Below are positions 1 through 12,800 of a DNA stretch of 64,000 bases, one piece after another. A model generated the notes under the pieces. It had not been told where the DNA came from, did not search any database, and worked only from the letters and a program-made list of their open reading frames with translations. The position numbers were made by a program, and so were the translations under genes. Each line of letters opens with the position of its first letter. The first letter of the stretch is position 1. The DNA comes from Tubulanus polymorphus (Eukaryota > Animalia > Nemertea): assembly GCF_964204645.1 (NCBI RefSeq), contig NC_134027.1, forward strand, positions 12,680,485-12,744,484. The letters are read 5' to 3'.

Positions 1-715
1 TTCTATTCATATCAGTCCACAATAATTAATGGCTTAATTCACAAACTAACACAGGTACCTTTCGAAATAATCCAATTCTATGTATGTTTCGAACGATAAA
101 TCAACATCATTTTGAGAAATTAATTAATTTCTCCACAAATTTCGCCATTGGCCGCCATTTCTGTGTATTGCATACATGTGGTATGATAGACAAGGTGACC
201 TACAAGGATTTATATAAAACTTCCAAGACGAAACGACAATTTTTATTTTTGATGGTTTTCAAACATCTATTTCAAATCTTCGTGCTTTCCATGATAAATA
301 ATGAAATAATAAATTCTGGATGAAGAAAAATGTGAATTATTAGTGTTGATTTCTAAATTTTTTCAATTTCGTCGTTTCGCTTCGTTAGTTTGTGCTGTTG
401 TCCTGGCCTCAGTCCACAGGTGCCAGCACCCTCCAGTAATTTTCAAAATGGCAGCTGTTGACTCGACGGAAATTTACTCTCACTTTACGGCCGATTTGCA
501 CATGGATTAAGATCGTCAGGTGAGGTGTTATAGGTATCAGACAAACTACGAATCGGTTGTGCGTCGATTACAACAAAAATTAGACGGATATCATAAGAGA
601 CAATGAAATGCCAGGCAAATTACTCGTCAGTCAAATTGGCTGACGAAGATTGCATACAAAAATGACCTTCCCATTCCTGACTGGTTCGTGAAACTAAACC
701 ACAGACAGGTTACTG

Positions 716-1452
716 ACTACACAGACAGCGACTGGATCTGACAGAACAAATACCTCAGAGAAATCTTTTCCCTTGGTCTTATTGATTTGAATGCGGAATA
801 GAATTGAATTTTCTGAAATTTGCTCAATAAAACAAAATTGAATTGGATTTGATGTTTTTATTTGCTCAATAAAGTAAAATTGAATTGGATTTGTTTTTTC
901 TTAGAGAATAAAATTTGATTGAATTGGTAGTTCGAGCACATGGCTAATTAGCATATCAAGGTCATCTATCCGATTTAAGAAAAAGCTATTTTTCCCGGTA
1001 TTTGCACAATGGTCAATGATATTTTCTGTAGTGCTGATAAAAATATTTCTCCCAAAAACCAAATCAAATAAAGCTTTCACAGAAATCGATCTTGAAATAC
1101 AATTTTAGATCTGAAAATAAAACCCGGAAGTAAAACGGTAGACGATACCGCCGGTTCACGTGAACACCTGCTGATTTCTGTGGCTAAGCAAATCATAGAG
1201 GAGTCTGCTTTCTGATTGGCTTTTCAAAATCAATATTTTTGCGATCAGATATTCGCGAAAAAGCTCATATGAATTTTAACGAGGCCCTCTTTCAAAATTC
1301 AGCTAGTTTGGAGAATGGATAATGCTTAAATGAATAATTTGTATGAATCTATGCTCAGTTGCACAGTAAAAGAGCCTTTACTCTGGAAACCATGTCATTT
1401 AAATTCGCTCCATTTGTATAGTAATAGGCTCAGCCTACGGCTGCCCTAAAAA
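716..1452. mobile_element. Dispersed repeat family A (Helentron-associated non-autonomous type), partial copy
   Basis: Highly similar to 24504-25420, 30213-31124 and 34052-34645; ends in hairpin agcc-tac-ggct followed by an A run. Confidence 0.7.
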
Positions 1453-1678
1453 TGGACCTCCAACCGCTGAAATCCACATTAGATTTTCATCCCTGGATCT
1501 AACACGTAAATTAAAGTACTAGAAAAAACTTTTCAAAATTACTTTTCATAGTTTTGGTTTTGATTGAATACTTTTCAAAAATACTTTTAATGGTTCTGCT
1601 TTTGATTCTTGTTTCTAGTTTGGTATTCTAGTACATAGTGAAGTTTATCTACTCGGTGTCAAGAATAACAGATCTTAC

Positions 1679-1814
1679 ATCAGCCTCAGAATCTTTGAGT
1701 TTCTGTTGTTTTTCTTTGACCTTCATTTCGAATACTTGTTCCATTTCAGCTTCCATCTTTTTAAGTTTAGCATCATGCTCCTTCTTTTCTTCTTCCATTT
1801 GTAATATCGGTGAC
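1679..1814 (-). CDS. SEPTIN7: Septin-7 coding exon (coiled-coil; [45 protein letters not shown]). Remaining 3' exons lie outside the window
   Basis: Near identity to SEPT7 [18 protein letters not shown]; AG acceptor at 1816-1815, GTAAGA donor at 1678-1673; 136 bp, phase consistent. Confidence 0.96.
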
Positions 1815-2203
1815 CTGAAAATAAAGAAAATGTTATACATTTTCTACAGAAATACATACCATGTACGTGTTACTATCTGAACCTTTCATTTTACTAGAGG
1901 CTCTAAAGCCTTGTAAGGTAAAAGCATTAAATATCCAATTAAAATCTCGGTATCTATTCTACATAAATAATTGAGGAATAGATTATTCCTTTTGAAAAAT
2001 TATTGAAAACAACTCGCGTTCTTGTTTCTTTTTCTATATACTTGACATTTCTCCCCATTATCTAATACACCAAGCTTTGAATATTTGTTGAAAAGTTTTC
2101 TTTTCCCTCTAAGAAAAAAATATTCCCCCTCCTGATAGAATTCGCAGCCAGCATTAATACAAGTTAACTGCAGTTCTGTGGCAAAATGTGAACATCAACA
2201 TAC

Positions 2204-2320
2204 TTGGTTGTGTTTGTAGGCTTCATTTTTCCATCCTCAGATGGTCCAGCAAGTTTATTATAGCGGAAATTTTCATAGTGAACATTATTCGTGACATCTT
2301 TCAGATCTTGCATGTGAGTC
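2204..2320 (-). CDS. SEPTIN7: Septin-7 coding exon ([19 protein letters not shown], end of septin unique element)
   Basis: Septin motif; tttcag acceptor, GTATGT donor; 117 bp. Confidence 0.95.
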
Positions 2321-2761
2321 CTGAAATAAAAACACAATACAAAATCTTTACAAGGGTTCTGATTCTTGTTACACTGACTGCTATTCACTGTCTTCAATGG
2401 TGAAGACAAGCAGCAGCTCAATTATAACTCAAAACTTTTAACATACATAGAAACAGAGGTGGAAATGTTTTCATTCATACAGCTTCCACATTCTATATCA
2501 ATTCAAATTAAACTTCATTGTTCATTTATTGAGTTTGGCAAATTTTCAAAGATCTATTCTATCAACGATTTGGCTCATTGTCCTGGGTCAAAAGTTGAAA
2601 TTACTGGAACAAAGTTTCCACACTGGCCCACCTGGATGGCCAGATGGACACAGGTCATGTAAAAACTACGGCCAACAGAGTAAAAAGTGAACAAAATAAT
2701 TAGCTGGAGCTAAAATGTACATTATGCTTATATAAAGATGGTTCAAATCAATGTAACCTAC

Positions 2762-2813
2762 CTGATTACCATATTTCTGAGAGCGATGAAGTCGTTGTGT
2801 TCAAGATTTTCGA
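2762..2813 (-). CDS. SEPTIN7: Septin-7 coding exon (VENLEHNDFIALRNMVIR)
   Basis: Manual translation matches septin unique element; ttgtag acceptor, GTAGGT donor; 52 bp. Confidence 0.95.
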
Positions 2814-3038
2814 CTACAAAAGAAATATTAGTTCATAGGCTGACATTTCAGTGTTTGTTCTCAGAGTATTTAGAGTAGGGCTTATACAAAATCTATTTGA
2901 AGGTTCTAAACCTCTAAACCCACGAAAACTCGCCGCATAGCAGCGCTTATGCATTCATATTTGAACACTCCTCCATTTCTGTATCCATAGATGGAATTCA
3001 ATTTTTAGCCCACAAAGAGGTCAATCAATTTCTTATAC

Positions 3039-3135
3039 CTTCCACAACACCCCAAGGGTAAACTCGACCTCGAATCTTGCGGCCGCCAAGATCTGTGACT
3101 GTGTTGCTGCCGATCACTGCAAAAGGGACACGTGT
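3039..3135 (-). CDS. SEPTIN7: Septin-7 coding exon ([32 protein letters not shown])
   Basis: PFAVIGS and RGRxYPWG septin motifs; ttcag acceptor, GTATAA donor; 97 bp. Confidence 0.96.
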
Positions 3136-3458
3136 CTGAAAATATAAGCCATGAACTATAAATTTCTCAGATGAATTTCATTATGTTGAATGCTTAGTGA
3201 ACTTAGCCAATGAAAAGGACCAAGCTTACTGGCAAAAAGCACCTGAAAGCATGATAGAAAATGTACCATTGGATTACTAATGATAGCGTTGTAAAATAAT
3301 TAATGTTGTCAATATCATACATGTACACTTTGGATACCAGGATGAAACTCATCTGGGTTACTTGCACTTTGAAGTGTACTACTACCTTTTAATCTAATCA
3401 ATACATGGGATAAACAACTTCAAGGATTTCTACATCAACATCTACCCCTACCCAAAGA

Positions 3459-4480
3459 AACTAGGGGTCAAGGGACACCATGCTCACTTCGTTAGTGGTT
3501 TCAAATGCTCAACATTCTAACAATTTCAATATTCAACACCCCTGGTGACCATATACAAAAATCAATGACCTTGAAACTCGCCACAATCATAGAATATGTC
3601 AGGAGGTTTCGTAATTGATTGATAACAAAATATGCCTCATTACCAATTTGATATGGAAATATTAAGTTATTCTACTTTTCAACGCCACCTGGTGACCATA
3701 TAGAATAACTAATGTCCTTGAAACTCACCACAATCATATATGATGTTATGAGCTACCACTTTGCAATTGATTGTGGTAACAAAATATGCGTAGGTACGAA
3801 TATAATATAGAAATACTAAGTTATTGTATTATACAATGCCCCCTGGAGGCCATAGGCCTATACAAACAGCAATGACCTTGAAACTCACCAAAATAATAGA
3901 ACACGTTATGAGCTAGAACTTTCCAATTGATTGTGGTAACACAATATGCTATATAGGTATCAATATAATGTGGAAAACTTTTTCCCACCTACAAATGAGT
4001 ACTGATGACGCAAAGATGGCTGCCAATTGCGCCATAATTGGCTGATCAAAAATACCTGTCTCAGGTATAAAACATCCCTTTCCAAAAAATATCCATCACA
4101 AATTGCAATGAGAAATGGCAAACCAGTAGGATGCTACAGGACTCAGAATTTGGGCCAAAATTTGGGTTCAAATATATATGAAAGATCAAGGTAATTGATA
4201 AAAGTATCTTCAAAATTTCCCTCAAAAAGTTCAAAAATGTGTAAACAAGTGCTGATTTTGGCGAACAATAATGGCTGCCAGTCGGCCATCTTGATTCTGA
4301 CAGGGCCAGTTTTTGGGCTGAAAATGTGTCTAGGGTAGATACATGTGTTACCCAGATATCAAGACATTATATTTAAGCGTCTTCAAAACTTCCCAAAACA
4401 ACTGGATTCCGTCAACGGGCGGACGGACGAAAAGTGAACGCAATAGCCCGCTGGGACTGATGTCCCAAGTGGGCTAAAAA
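3459..4480 (-). mobile_element. Non-autonomous Helentron-associated element (family B) with internal tandem repeats of about 125-130 bp
   Basis: AACTAG end; four repeats of ccctggtgaccata...gaccttgaaactc; GGAC microsatellite; terminal hairpin tagccc.ctgggac...gtcccaagtgggcta plus A5; similar copies at 20852-21624 and 48238-48510, fragments near 4.8, 8.3 and 26.1 kb. Confidence 0.7.
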
Positions 4481-5224
4481 TCAGAATAAAGTTTCAACTA
4501 TTTACACGGTCCCGTTGTTTGACGTATTCGTTGGTAATAGGCCTAATTATAATAATATACTAATAGGCCTAGTACATTGCGTCAGAATGCATCTCCAAGA
4601 CATAATTTTGCAGAAATTTACGCTGTGCTGCATAAAATCTTTATGCGTTCCGCACCTTCAGCGACTTTTAGTTAAATATTACGTACTCGACCCCCGTAGA
4701 AAACTCCTGGTGCTGCCCATGGCTATTCAACGGCCCCAGTTAAAACCTGTTGATATTTTCCTCAAAAACCTTTCTCTATCTACAAATGAGGACTGATGAC
4801 ACTAAGATGGCTTCCGATTGTGTCATGCTTGACTGATAACAAAATTTGTCTGATATGTTTAAGATCCCTTCTCACAGAAGACCCATCACAAATTTCGATT
4901 AAAAATAGTAAACTATTCAGAGGCTACAGGTCTCAGAAATCAGGGCAAAAATGACTTTTTTGGGCACGAAAAAGGTCACAGGATGGGCATCTCATGTCCG
5001 ATCGACTTAGGGGATAAAAACATATGTGACCAAGATGATTGATTGAAGCATCTTCAAAATTTCCCTTGAAAACTTCAAAAATGTGTAAAAAGTGCTGATT
5101 TTGGTGAACAAAAATTGATGCGAGTTGGGGTCAGCTTTTGGGATGAAGTTGTCTAGGGCAGATATTTATATGTATGTCTACAAAACTCCCCTAAATAACT
5201 GGATTCATAAAGTTCATCACGATA

Positions 5225-5621
5225 CGGAATAGCTCATTTGCTGTTTATTTCCATGCATTATAAGTTTGTTTTATTTTGTAGTAAATAGACAAGGCTTTCA
5301 TATGATGTAAGATTTGATGAGGTGGGTCACCAAAATCGTGTCCTTTTGGCCCTCTGAAAATCATCCAAACTTACTTGGATTTGAAGTGAGCGCTCAGATG
5401 TGTCATGTTCATACTCGAAATACTTGAGAACTTGAAATAGGATGTTGATTTCTGTTTGGTATTTCGAGGACTTAGGTGTCTAGTTTATCATAAGCTATTG
5501 GGTTCGAATCCCACTATAACCGTTTTCTTGCACCATACAAAAAAAGTGCTGGGGCGGATTCGGGCGGCTTGAGGAGTAATAGGCAGGGCGGATATTGGTG
5601 GTTTGAGTGCTAATGGGTTAA
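5225..5621 (-). mobile_element. piggyBac-like MITE, partial copy (inverse of 41371-41807)
   Basis: Reverse-complement similarity to the 41.4-41.8 kb copy; gctaatggg-TTAA end. Confidence 0.6.
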
Positions 5622-6766
5622 GGAAAACTGCTGAAAATTTTGTATTTAGAGTGTGTTTCGTAAATGGTAAAGGACGCATTTTATGTCATATTTTAAAATG
5701 ATTTTTTAACAGCTTTAGACGTCCGGGTATAACTATTGTAGTCCATCTGCCAACCTGTAGACAGAAATAATTTTATGCACTGGCTAATTTTCTGACGATC
5801 ATCATTAACCCTTTCAGTGCTGACTAATTAATACTCTATAGTGCTGGAGATAATTTGAAAATTTTGAAATATTCCACAATAGTGTGTTGAATAACGGGAA
5901 TACCACTATAGTGCATCTACACCGCAGTGTGGTGATACCCATAGTTCAACATGCTGTAAACACAAATTTGGAAATGAGATGTTGCTCACACCATTTTTCA
6001 TTGGAACATACTTTTATTACTCCGCTTGATCATTATACCGATCATAGCAAAGCAGATACGAAAAAAATGTTCCTTCATTTTACAGGGGTTTTTCATGTAC
6101 TTAGAAAATAAGGCACAATATATCTGTAATTACAGTTTAAGACTTTTCAGCTAGTTTCGACACTTATACAAACTTATATCCTCAAGGGAAACCAATTAGG
6201 TCACATGATCGAGTCTTAAATCGAGGGTAAACCAACAAGCCTTAACAAATGAGGATCAGGTAATTCGTTCTCACATCTAGACCCATTCCCGCTCACTACT
6301 AGTTAATGTAGACTTATAGGTAGCGATACCAGCAGTTTCATTTAGCCAGCATAGCCATAGATGCAGCCTTTTCAATTCCTAATCCACCCACAAGTCATCA
6401 TAGACCCCCCAACTATCTTAAATATCAAAAGAGTATTTTTCTTGATTACTTTACATCATAATAATAGTGCAACTTCACCAAATGAAATGAATACCGAGAG
6501 TGACTCATTGACAACGTTAATGGGACATTTAAATGGTTAAGACATAGTGTTGTAGCTGAATGTGTATTATTAATGAATGGTATATATTCACTTATGACAT
6601 CGAATGCGTATATCATGTTAGCCAAACAGAAGGATTTGTTCATCTAATAGGGCATCATAATACATATGCTAAGCTGTTACAATCTGTATTTTTGAAATGA
6701 TAATTTCATCCTGTCACAGTCAATTCATTTTTCAATTTTGAAGGGCATTCCGATGTCAGCTCATAC

Positions 6767-6977
6767 CTTAAGTGCTTTCTGAATTTTGTTTTCTTCTTCA
6801 TCGTCACAGTCTGGAAACTCATAAATCTTGATCTTGTGCTGTGCTATTTCATTCAAAATCGTTTTCTTAAATTCACGACATTCATCTGGAGTCATCGTGT
6901 CTGATTTGGCAATCAATGGAACTATATTGACCTTGTCATGGAGACGTTTCATGAACTCAACGTCTAATGGTTTCAAC
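6767..6977 (-). CDS. SEPTIN7: Septin-7 coding exon ([27 protein letters not shown]...KALK; G4 motif)
   Basis: ORF 6761..6991; AKxD G4 motif; ttttcag acceptor, GTATGA donor; 211 bp. Confidence 0.97.
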
Positions 6978-7306
6978 CTGAAAATCACCAAGGAAGCATA
7001 TACCAGTCAAAAAATATATATGGCTGAAAGAATAAATTGAAGAGGTCGCTTGGGGGGAGCGTAAAGAAATATGATGCCTTCTCAGAGTAAATATGTAGCA
7101 AAACTGCTACACTCTACAACTGCAATACACTCTATTACATAATTCAACGGTCACTTTCATGGCATCTTTCACCTTATATTTGAATGAATAACCTAAATTA
7201 ACAACTTCAGAAAGATATTACATACCATACTTTATTTAGAAGATTACGTTGATAATTAGAACTATTGAATAGCCAATTCAAGTTACCATTTACTAAAGCA
7301 GAACTA

Positions 7307-7607
7307 CTCAGTGTCTAAGAAAATGTGTTACCGAAGCTTTATTTTTAATCATTCATCAACTACAATTTTGATTATAGACGGCAGGTCATTTGACAATGTG
7401 CACATTGGAACAAATGTTATTTATTGTTTTGGTTGGACTCAATTTTCATGACCATTTAAAAACACGAAGTGCTCAGCCATGCATGGCTTATCATTGCATT
7501 TCAATAATCAATCCTTGAGCAAACATCCAGGTCTACCGATCTTTACAACTAAAGTTAATGAATGATTAACCTTAAAGCTTCGGTAACACATTTGTTGAGA
7601 CACCCTG
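7307..7607. mobile_element. Tc1/mariner-like MITE
   Basis: TIRs gtgtctaagaaaatgtgttaccgaagcttt / aaagcttcggtaacacatttgttgagacac, flanked by TA. Confidence 0.6.
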
Positions 7608-7671
7608 TATATTCCTTTGATTTCACACCGTCCTTAATCATGCTTCAATCTTCAACATTTTCAAACCTTAC

Positions 7672-7806
7672 CCATGCCCTGATGGAGCGATGAAATATAA
7701 ACAACAATGTATACGGGGATCAGGCATTAGTTTCCTATTGACACGCGATTCTGCATTTAGATACTCTTCATATTTACTGTTGATGTTGTCTATTATTGGC
7801 TGCCAA
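7672..7806 (-). CDS. SEPTIN7: Septin-7 coding exon ([45 protein letters not shown])
   Basis: Manual translation; ttgtag acceptor, GTAAGG donor; 135 bp. Confidence 0.96.
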
Positions 7807-7885
7807 CTACAATGAGAACACATACAAATCTTATTAAGAATCTTAATTTACTTTCATGTATGATAAAGTAAACCTGTGTTAATCC

Positions 7886-7908
7886 ATATACATATATATA
7901 TATATATA

Positions 7909-7982
<74 letters not shown>

Positions 7983-7990
7983 TATATATA
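7886..7990. repeat. Compound microsatellite (TA)n(TATATG)n(TACA)n(TA)n
   Basis: Directly visible. Confidence 0.95.
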
Positions 7991-8622
7991 GATTGGATCC
8001 TGTTTTTAAGTAATGTAATTCCCTTAAGATTTCTGCACCTCAATTCATACTCTATAATGAGTGTTATCACTTATTACATAGAAAAATATGTGGTTCTGTT
8101 TATCAAATTTCAATGCAAAACTTTTATATAGCTTCATTCACAGTTACACTAGTTAGATGGATCTAAACTGATGATCTGACTGATCAAAAGTTGATCTGAT
8201 ATCCTTTGCAAAGTATACCTATCATTACTTTCAATGAAAAATGGCAAACCATTAGAAAGCAACAAGTCTCACTTAGGTCAGAAATCACAAAAAAGTCACA
8301 AGACGGCCATCTTGGGTCTGATTGACCAAATTTTTCTAAGCTAATGGGCCATGGGGGATACAATCAATGTGAAAGATCAAGATAACTGATTGCAGTGTCT
8401 CCAAAACTTCCCAAAATGACTGGATTCCGTCAACGGATGGACAAGCTGAAGAAAAGTGAGTGCAAACAAAACAGAAAAAAACACGGGGTATAAAAAAGAA
8501 AAAAATATTTCTGCAGAATTCTGGGAGGCTGAGCCTTACTCGTATCCATCTATTGTATTTTCACCACTATAGGTCTAGTTCATCCCATGTAGATGCAGTT
8601 AAAGATATATTGTCTGACCTAC

Positions 8623-8723
8623 CAGTTACTGTTATCAACTGCATCTCCAAAACCTGGTGTGTCAACTATGGTCAATGATAAACACACTCCATTTTCTTTT
8701 AATAGCACCTTTGTGGTCTCAAC
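8623..8723 (-). CDS. SEPTIN7: Septin-7 coding exon ([34 protein letters not shown]; G3 motif)
   Basis: DTPGFGD motif; tttcag acceptor, GTAGGT donor; 101 bp. Confidence 0.97.
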
Positions 8724-9127
8724 CTGAAAAATTTTACTTTATTTACTTGATTTCCTCTAATGACTTATGTTACATGAGCTGTTAACCTAATCAAAAAATA
8801 TCAAGTGAATCAAATAGAAGTGATTTTCTAAACTTAGCCAAAAATTATAGCTCTGAAAATCTAGGCGCCATTTTCTGAATAGCAGTTATAGTTTGAACTC
8901 CATTGAAGTTTCAGCTAGATTGTATGGAAAGGTGCATTTTATTCTCATTCAGTTTATGTCATAATAAAGTCCATAACTTCAAAGAAAGTAGGGAAAAAGT
9001 AGGAAATATTTATAGCCAAAATCCAAAAGTCTTGAATCATCTGTCATATCAAAAGCGTGTCTATTTCAAGTGCATAAATGTACTCAGTAGTCTTATGCAT
9101 CTTAACAATGAAAAGTTAAAAACTTAC

Positions 9128-9234
9128 GTTGACAGTCTTCTTGATTCGTAGTGATGGCCCTGGATGTTCTGTATTGTACAAATCCGTTAGAAATAATGAG
9201 TTTATTAGTGTTGACTTCCCTAATCCAGATTCAC
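9128..9234 (-). CDS. SEPTIN7: Septin-7 coding exon ([20 protein letters not shown]; P-loop)
   Basis: G1/Walker A motif; tgtcag acceptor, GTAAGT donor; 107 bp. Confidence 0.97.
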
Positions 9235-9851
9235 CTGACAATATAAATTCATAAGTCAAAACCAGATCAAGTGGAGTGAACAGCTAGGGGAAGGATTCAT
9301 ACAAATATGAGAATTAGTAGAAAGTTTATGGGGCTGGGGCAGAGGTGGAAATAACGATGTACATACTTAAAATGGAAAAAAACAATTTGGCGTCAAATTT
9401 AACAGCAAAGGGTACCAGTATCTGCTTGCTAAGTTTTCACTGCTCGTATGTGAACGAAATGAAAATTCAATAGTTCAATAAAAAAATTACTCATCGCATA
9501 ACCTCAAACCAGTAGTGTCCTCAATTTGCACCGGTACACTACTATTGTGTGTGGAAGAAGTGATATTCCTGGTAGTCCTTAACACAACAGTGAACAGTGA
9601 GTTGTCGTTGTACAACAGTTGTCGTTGTTTATCAATTACCCATAAAAATCAATCTTAACCTGCATAATTACAAAAAAGCACATACGACAACATTGGTACA
9701 ACCCTTTTCACTATTTTTGGTTAAAATTTTCTTTTTCAGCACACATTTCCAGTAATATTTTTTTCTGCAACATTTTCAGTACATTGTATTTTGATATCTT
9801 AGTAATTAGGGTTTCTGCTGCTTTCGCAGAAACCCTCTTGTAATTCTGTTG

Positions 9852-9890
<39 letters not shown>

Positions 9891-11176
9891 TTTCCCCTTT
9901 CCAGCCAAAAATTTTTCATAAAATGTAACTCCTCTCAGATTCGACTACTAGCAGCTTATAAACCTAATTTTCAATTATGAAAGAAATATAACTCAGCGCC
10001 TGACCATTTCCAATTTGCGTATTATAATTGATTATGAATTAATCCCGCGTAATTATTTGGTCTAAACAGGAAATAAGAATGTCGCAAGAATCATCATCCA
10101 TTGATAAATGTACATCGTGAAAAGCCTGCAAATTACCCGACGACCTTGAGCTTCAAAATAAATCACGGATTCGGATTTATAAATCAGGGTTCGACCTACG
10201 ACATCCATTCAATGTTTTCAGATTTCGTGCGCATGCGTCAATTTAGCTCGGACGCCATTTTCTTTATTTTACAACGTGCGACGCCACTCTACGTTACTTG
10301 CATTTTTACGACTTTGTTGTGTGTTTCTGTGACCAATCTTCAGAGAGGTATGTATATATAACGGTTAGGCCTAATATGATGTATTTTTCCACGTAATCTG
10401 ACGATTGGTATTAAAAGCCGACCGGAATTCGTCTTGATCCGCGCGTTGTGGTAGCAGTCGGGTCTGGTTGGTGTGAGATCGATATCGAATCCCGCATGAC
10501 TTACGCATAGAAGTAGCTTTTAAAAGGCCAAATTTGGGCTAGGTGTTAAGGTTGACCCAATGCGTATGATTTAATAATAGTGTTTGTGGTATGGGTAGAA
10601 AATATTTAGGCCTATATAGACAGCAGCTTAAATATTGAATAATGGGATTTGAACTGCACTAGTGTGTGTGTGTGTCTGTGTGCGAGAGCAGGGAGCACTC
10701 CATCTCCCTGACCCTGTGACTTATGATTAAGCCACCCGATTCTGCTGAATGCGAACAAGTCATCAGTTTTTCGTGAATGTGAATAAATACTATAAGAAGG
10801 GCTGCCAATTTTAATGAACACAGAAATATCTTAATTGAAATCGTATGTCAGCTAATTTCAAATTGAAGGCCTATTATACATAAATTACAGTACACTCCGC
10901 CCACTCATGTCAGACCATTTGGGAGTGTAAAAATGTATCCTGCTTTCTGGATCTGATTCAAGCTTAAGTCTACTGTTTGTATATTCAATCTACCTAGGCC
11001 CATAGGCCTAATTGTGCCTGCCTAATTATTGGGGAAATCGACAATGTCAGGTTCTTGAATTTCTCGACTGATGGCGCTAGTTAGAACTGGATATTGGTAC
11101 CTAAATCTGCCATGTTCTAGTTTATTTGCAATAAAAATCTGGCCTCTCAATTTTTTAGTAGGCAGTAGTTATTTTA

Positions 11177-11571
11177 CTGGATCTGGTCACTGACTTCTGA
11201 ACGCTATTTTGCAAAATATTGTCTCTAAATTGGCTGATTTACTACGCACATGCGCAAAGAGGTGCGCGGCTTAGATAATTGGAAGGAAGTGTGGAGAACA
11301 GAGTTTACCCGGACCAGTGAATTACTAGCCTAGCGTCTTCCTATTAGATCACAGAGCTCATTGAAAACCATCCGAATGTTTTAGCTACATTTAGCCTCAC
11401 CTAACCCTAACCCTATCCCTACTTGTGAAATCGAACCCTGTGGACCCTCTTCTCACCCTCTTGACACTAACCCTATCCAAACCCTTACCCTAAACCCAAT
11501 AAAATGATTTAATTGTTACATAATAAATGGATTTGGCAAAATAGCGTTCAGAAGTCGGTGACCGGATCCAG
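11177..11571. mobile_element. MITE with about 36-bp TIRs nested in the Helentron; CCCTAA repeats inside
   Basis: ctggatctggtcactgacttctgaacgctattttgc / gcaaaatagcgttcagaagtcggtgaccggatccag. Confidence 0.8.
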
Positions 11572-12444
11572 GTTAAATATGCACTTCCTTTTTAGTAAGT
11601 GTATTTTACGTACATACATCATCACGTTTAATCCTTTAAGTATGATATCCTGGAAATCTGTTAGATTGGACAAAACGTCAAAAATTTTCCAAAAATCACA
11701 AATTTAGTGAAAAAAAATGCTCATTAAAAACTTGAAGCGAGAGATCTTTATTGCAAATCAACAAAACAAGGTGGATTTAGGTTCCAATTTCCGGTTCTGA
11801 CTAGTGCCATCATACGAGTAATTCCAGAACTTGAATTTGTTGATATTTGTATTGGCATCATTCCTTTTCTAAAACGGAACCTGACGACCAATTATTCAAT
11901 TTCCTATTTATTTATTTTTTTAAACAAGACTCATCATGCAGGTATTCCCCGCAACAACAGGTTTCAGAGGGAAGACCACCCTTTTATTTTTGTTTCAACC
12001 CATCTTAAAATGAGCCACCAATCGGTAATCGGGCGAACCATAATAGTGTTCACTGCCTGTTTTAATACTCGTCGTTGCACATTTGTTCAGGATACTACGT
12101 CTAGCCTATGTGGGTTATAGGGTTTATTCCAAAAGTTTGCAAACAAAATCCAGTTAATTTGTTTAGTTTTGGAGACATTTTTGATGCATTGTTTTCAACA
12201 CATTTTATTCAATTTTCTTCCAATCTTGCCATCAACCAAACCCAGCGGAGCTATCACAGCTGACAGGCTGCTTGTTCAACACACCATACCTATTTGTAGC
12301 AGGTGTCACCTATTGTTTCGAAATTTTAGAGAAAGTTCCTACAGGCTGATTAATAATGCTGTGATAATGTTTCTTTTGTGATAGGTCACATACTTGATAC
12401 TTGTTGATACTTGAAATAGGATATTGATCAGTACATTACTCATC

Positions 12445-12489
12445 ATGCCTAAAAGGAAAAGAAGAGCTGGTAGCTTTCAGCCGAAGAAG
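12445..12489 (+). CDS. First coding exon of the Helentron DUB gene (MPKRKRRAGSFQPKK, NLS-like)
   Basis: atcATG, 15 codons, AAG|GTAAGA donor in phase 0; in-frame acceptor ttttcag at 12800. Confidence 0.7.
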
Positions 12490-12800
12490 GTAAGACCCTC
12501 TTTTCATAGGCAAATGTTAATCTTCTAGTAAGAAGTATGTAGGCCTTTTTTCCGAGTAAAAAATTCATTAAACTGTTCATCACATGTGTTAGCTGCGCAA
12601 TATTTTGGTGCCTGATTTTGGTATTTTATCAGAAAAAACCATATCAGTAAATCATAAACCAGTTGCTTAGAGGGTGTGTAACTGACCAGTGTCGTATCAT
12701 CCCTGGTTCTTGTTGAGATAATTATAAGCTATTGAATTGAATTGAACTCATTAGAAAATTCTACGAACGTATAGTGAATGAATTTTTTTTCTATTTTCAG

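Noticed and set aside
448-741. Coding-like stretch beginning MAAVDSTEIY
   Set aside because: Two in-frame stops, no recognisable motif, and not the missing septin 3' exons
7793-8070. ORFs with YTYTYT / HIHIHI runs
   Set aside because: Translations of the microsatellite
11399-11498. CCCTAA repeats as an interstitial telomere
   Set aside because: Few degenerate units, internal to a MITE
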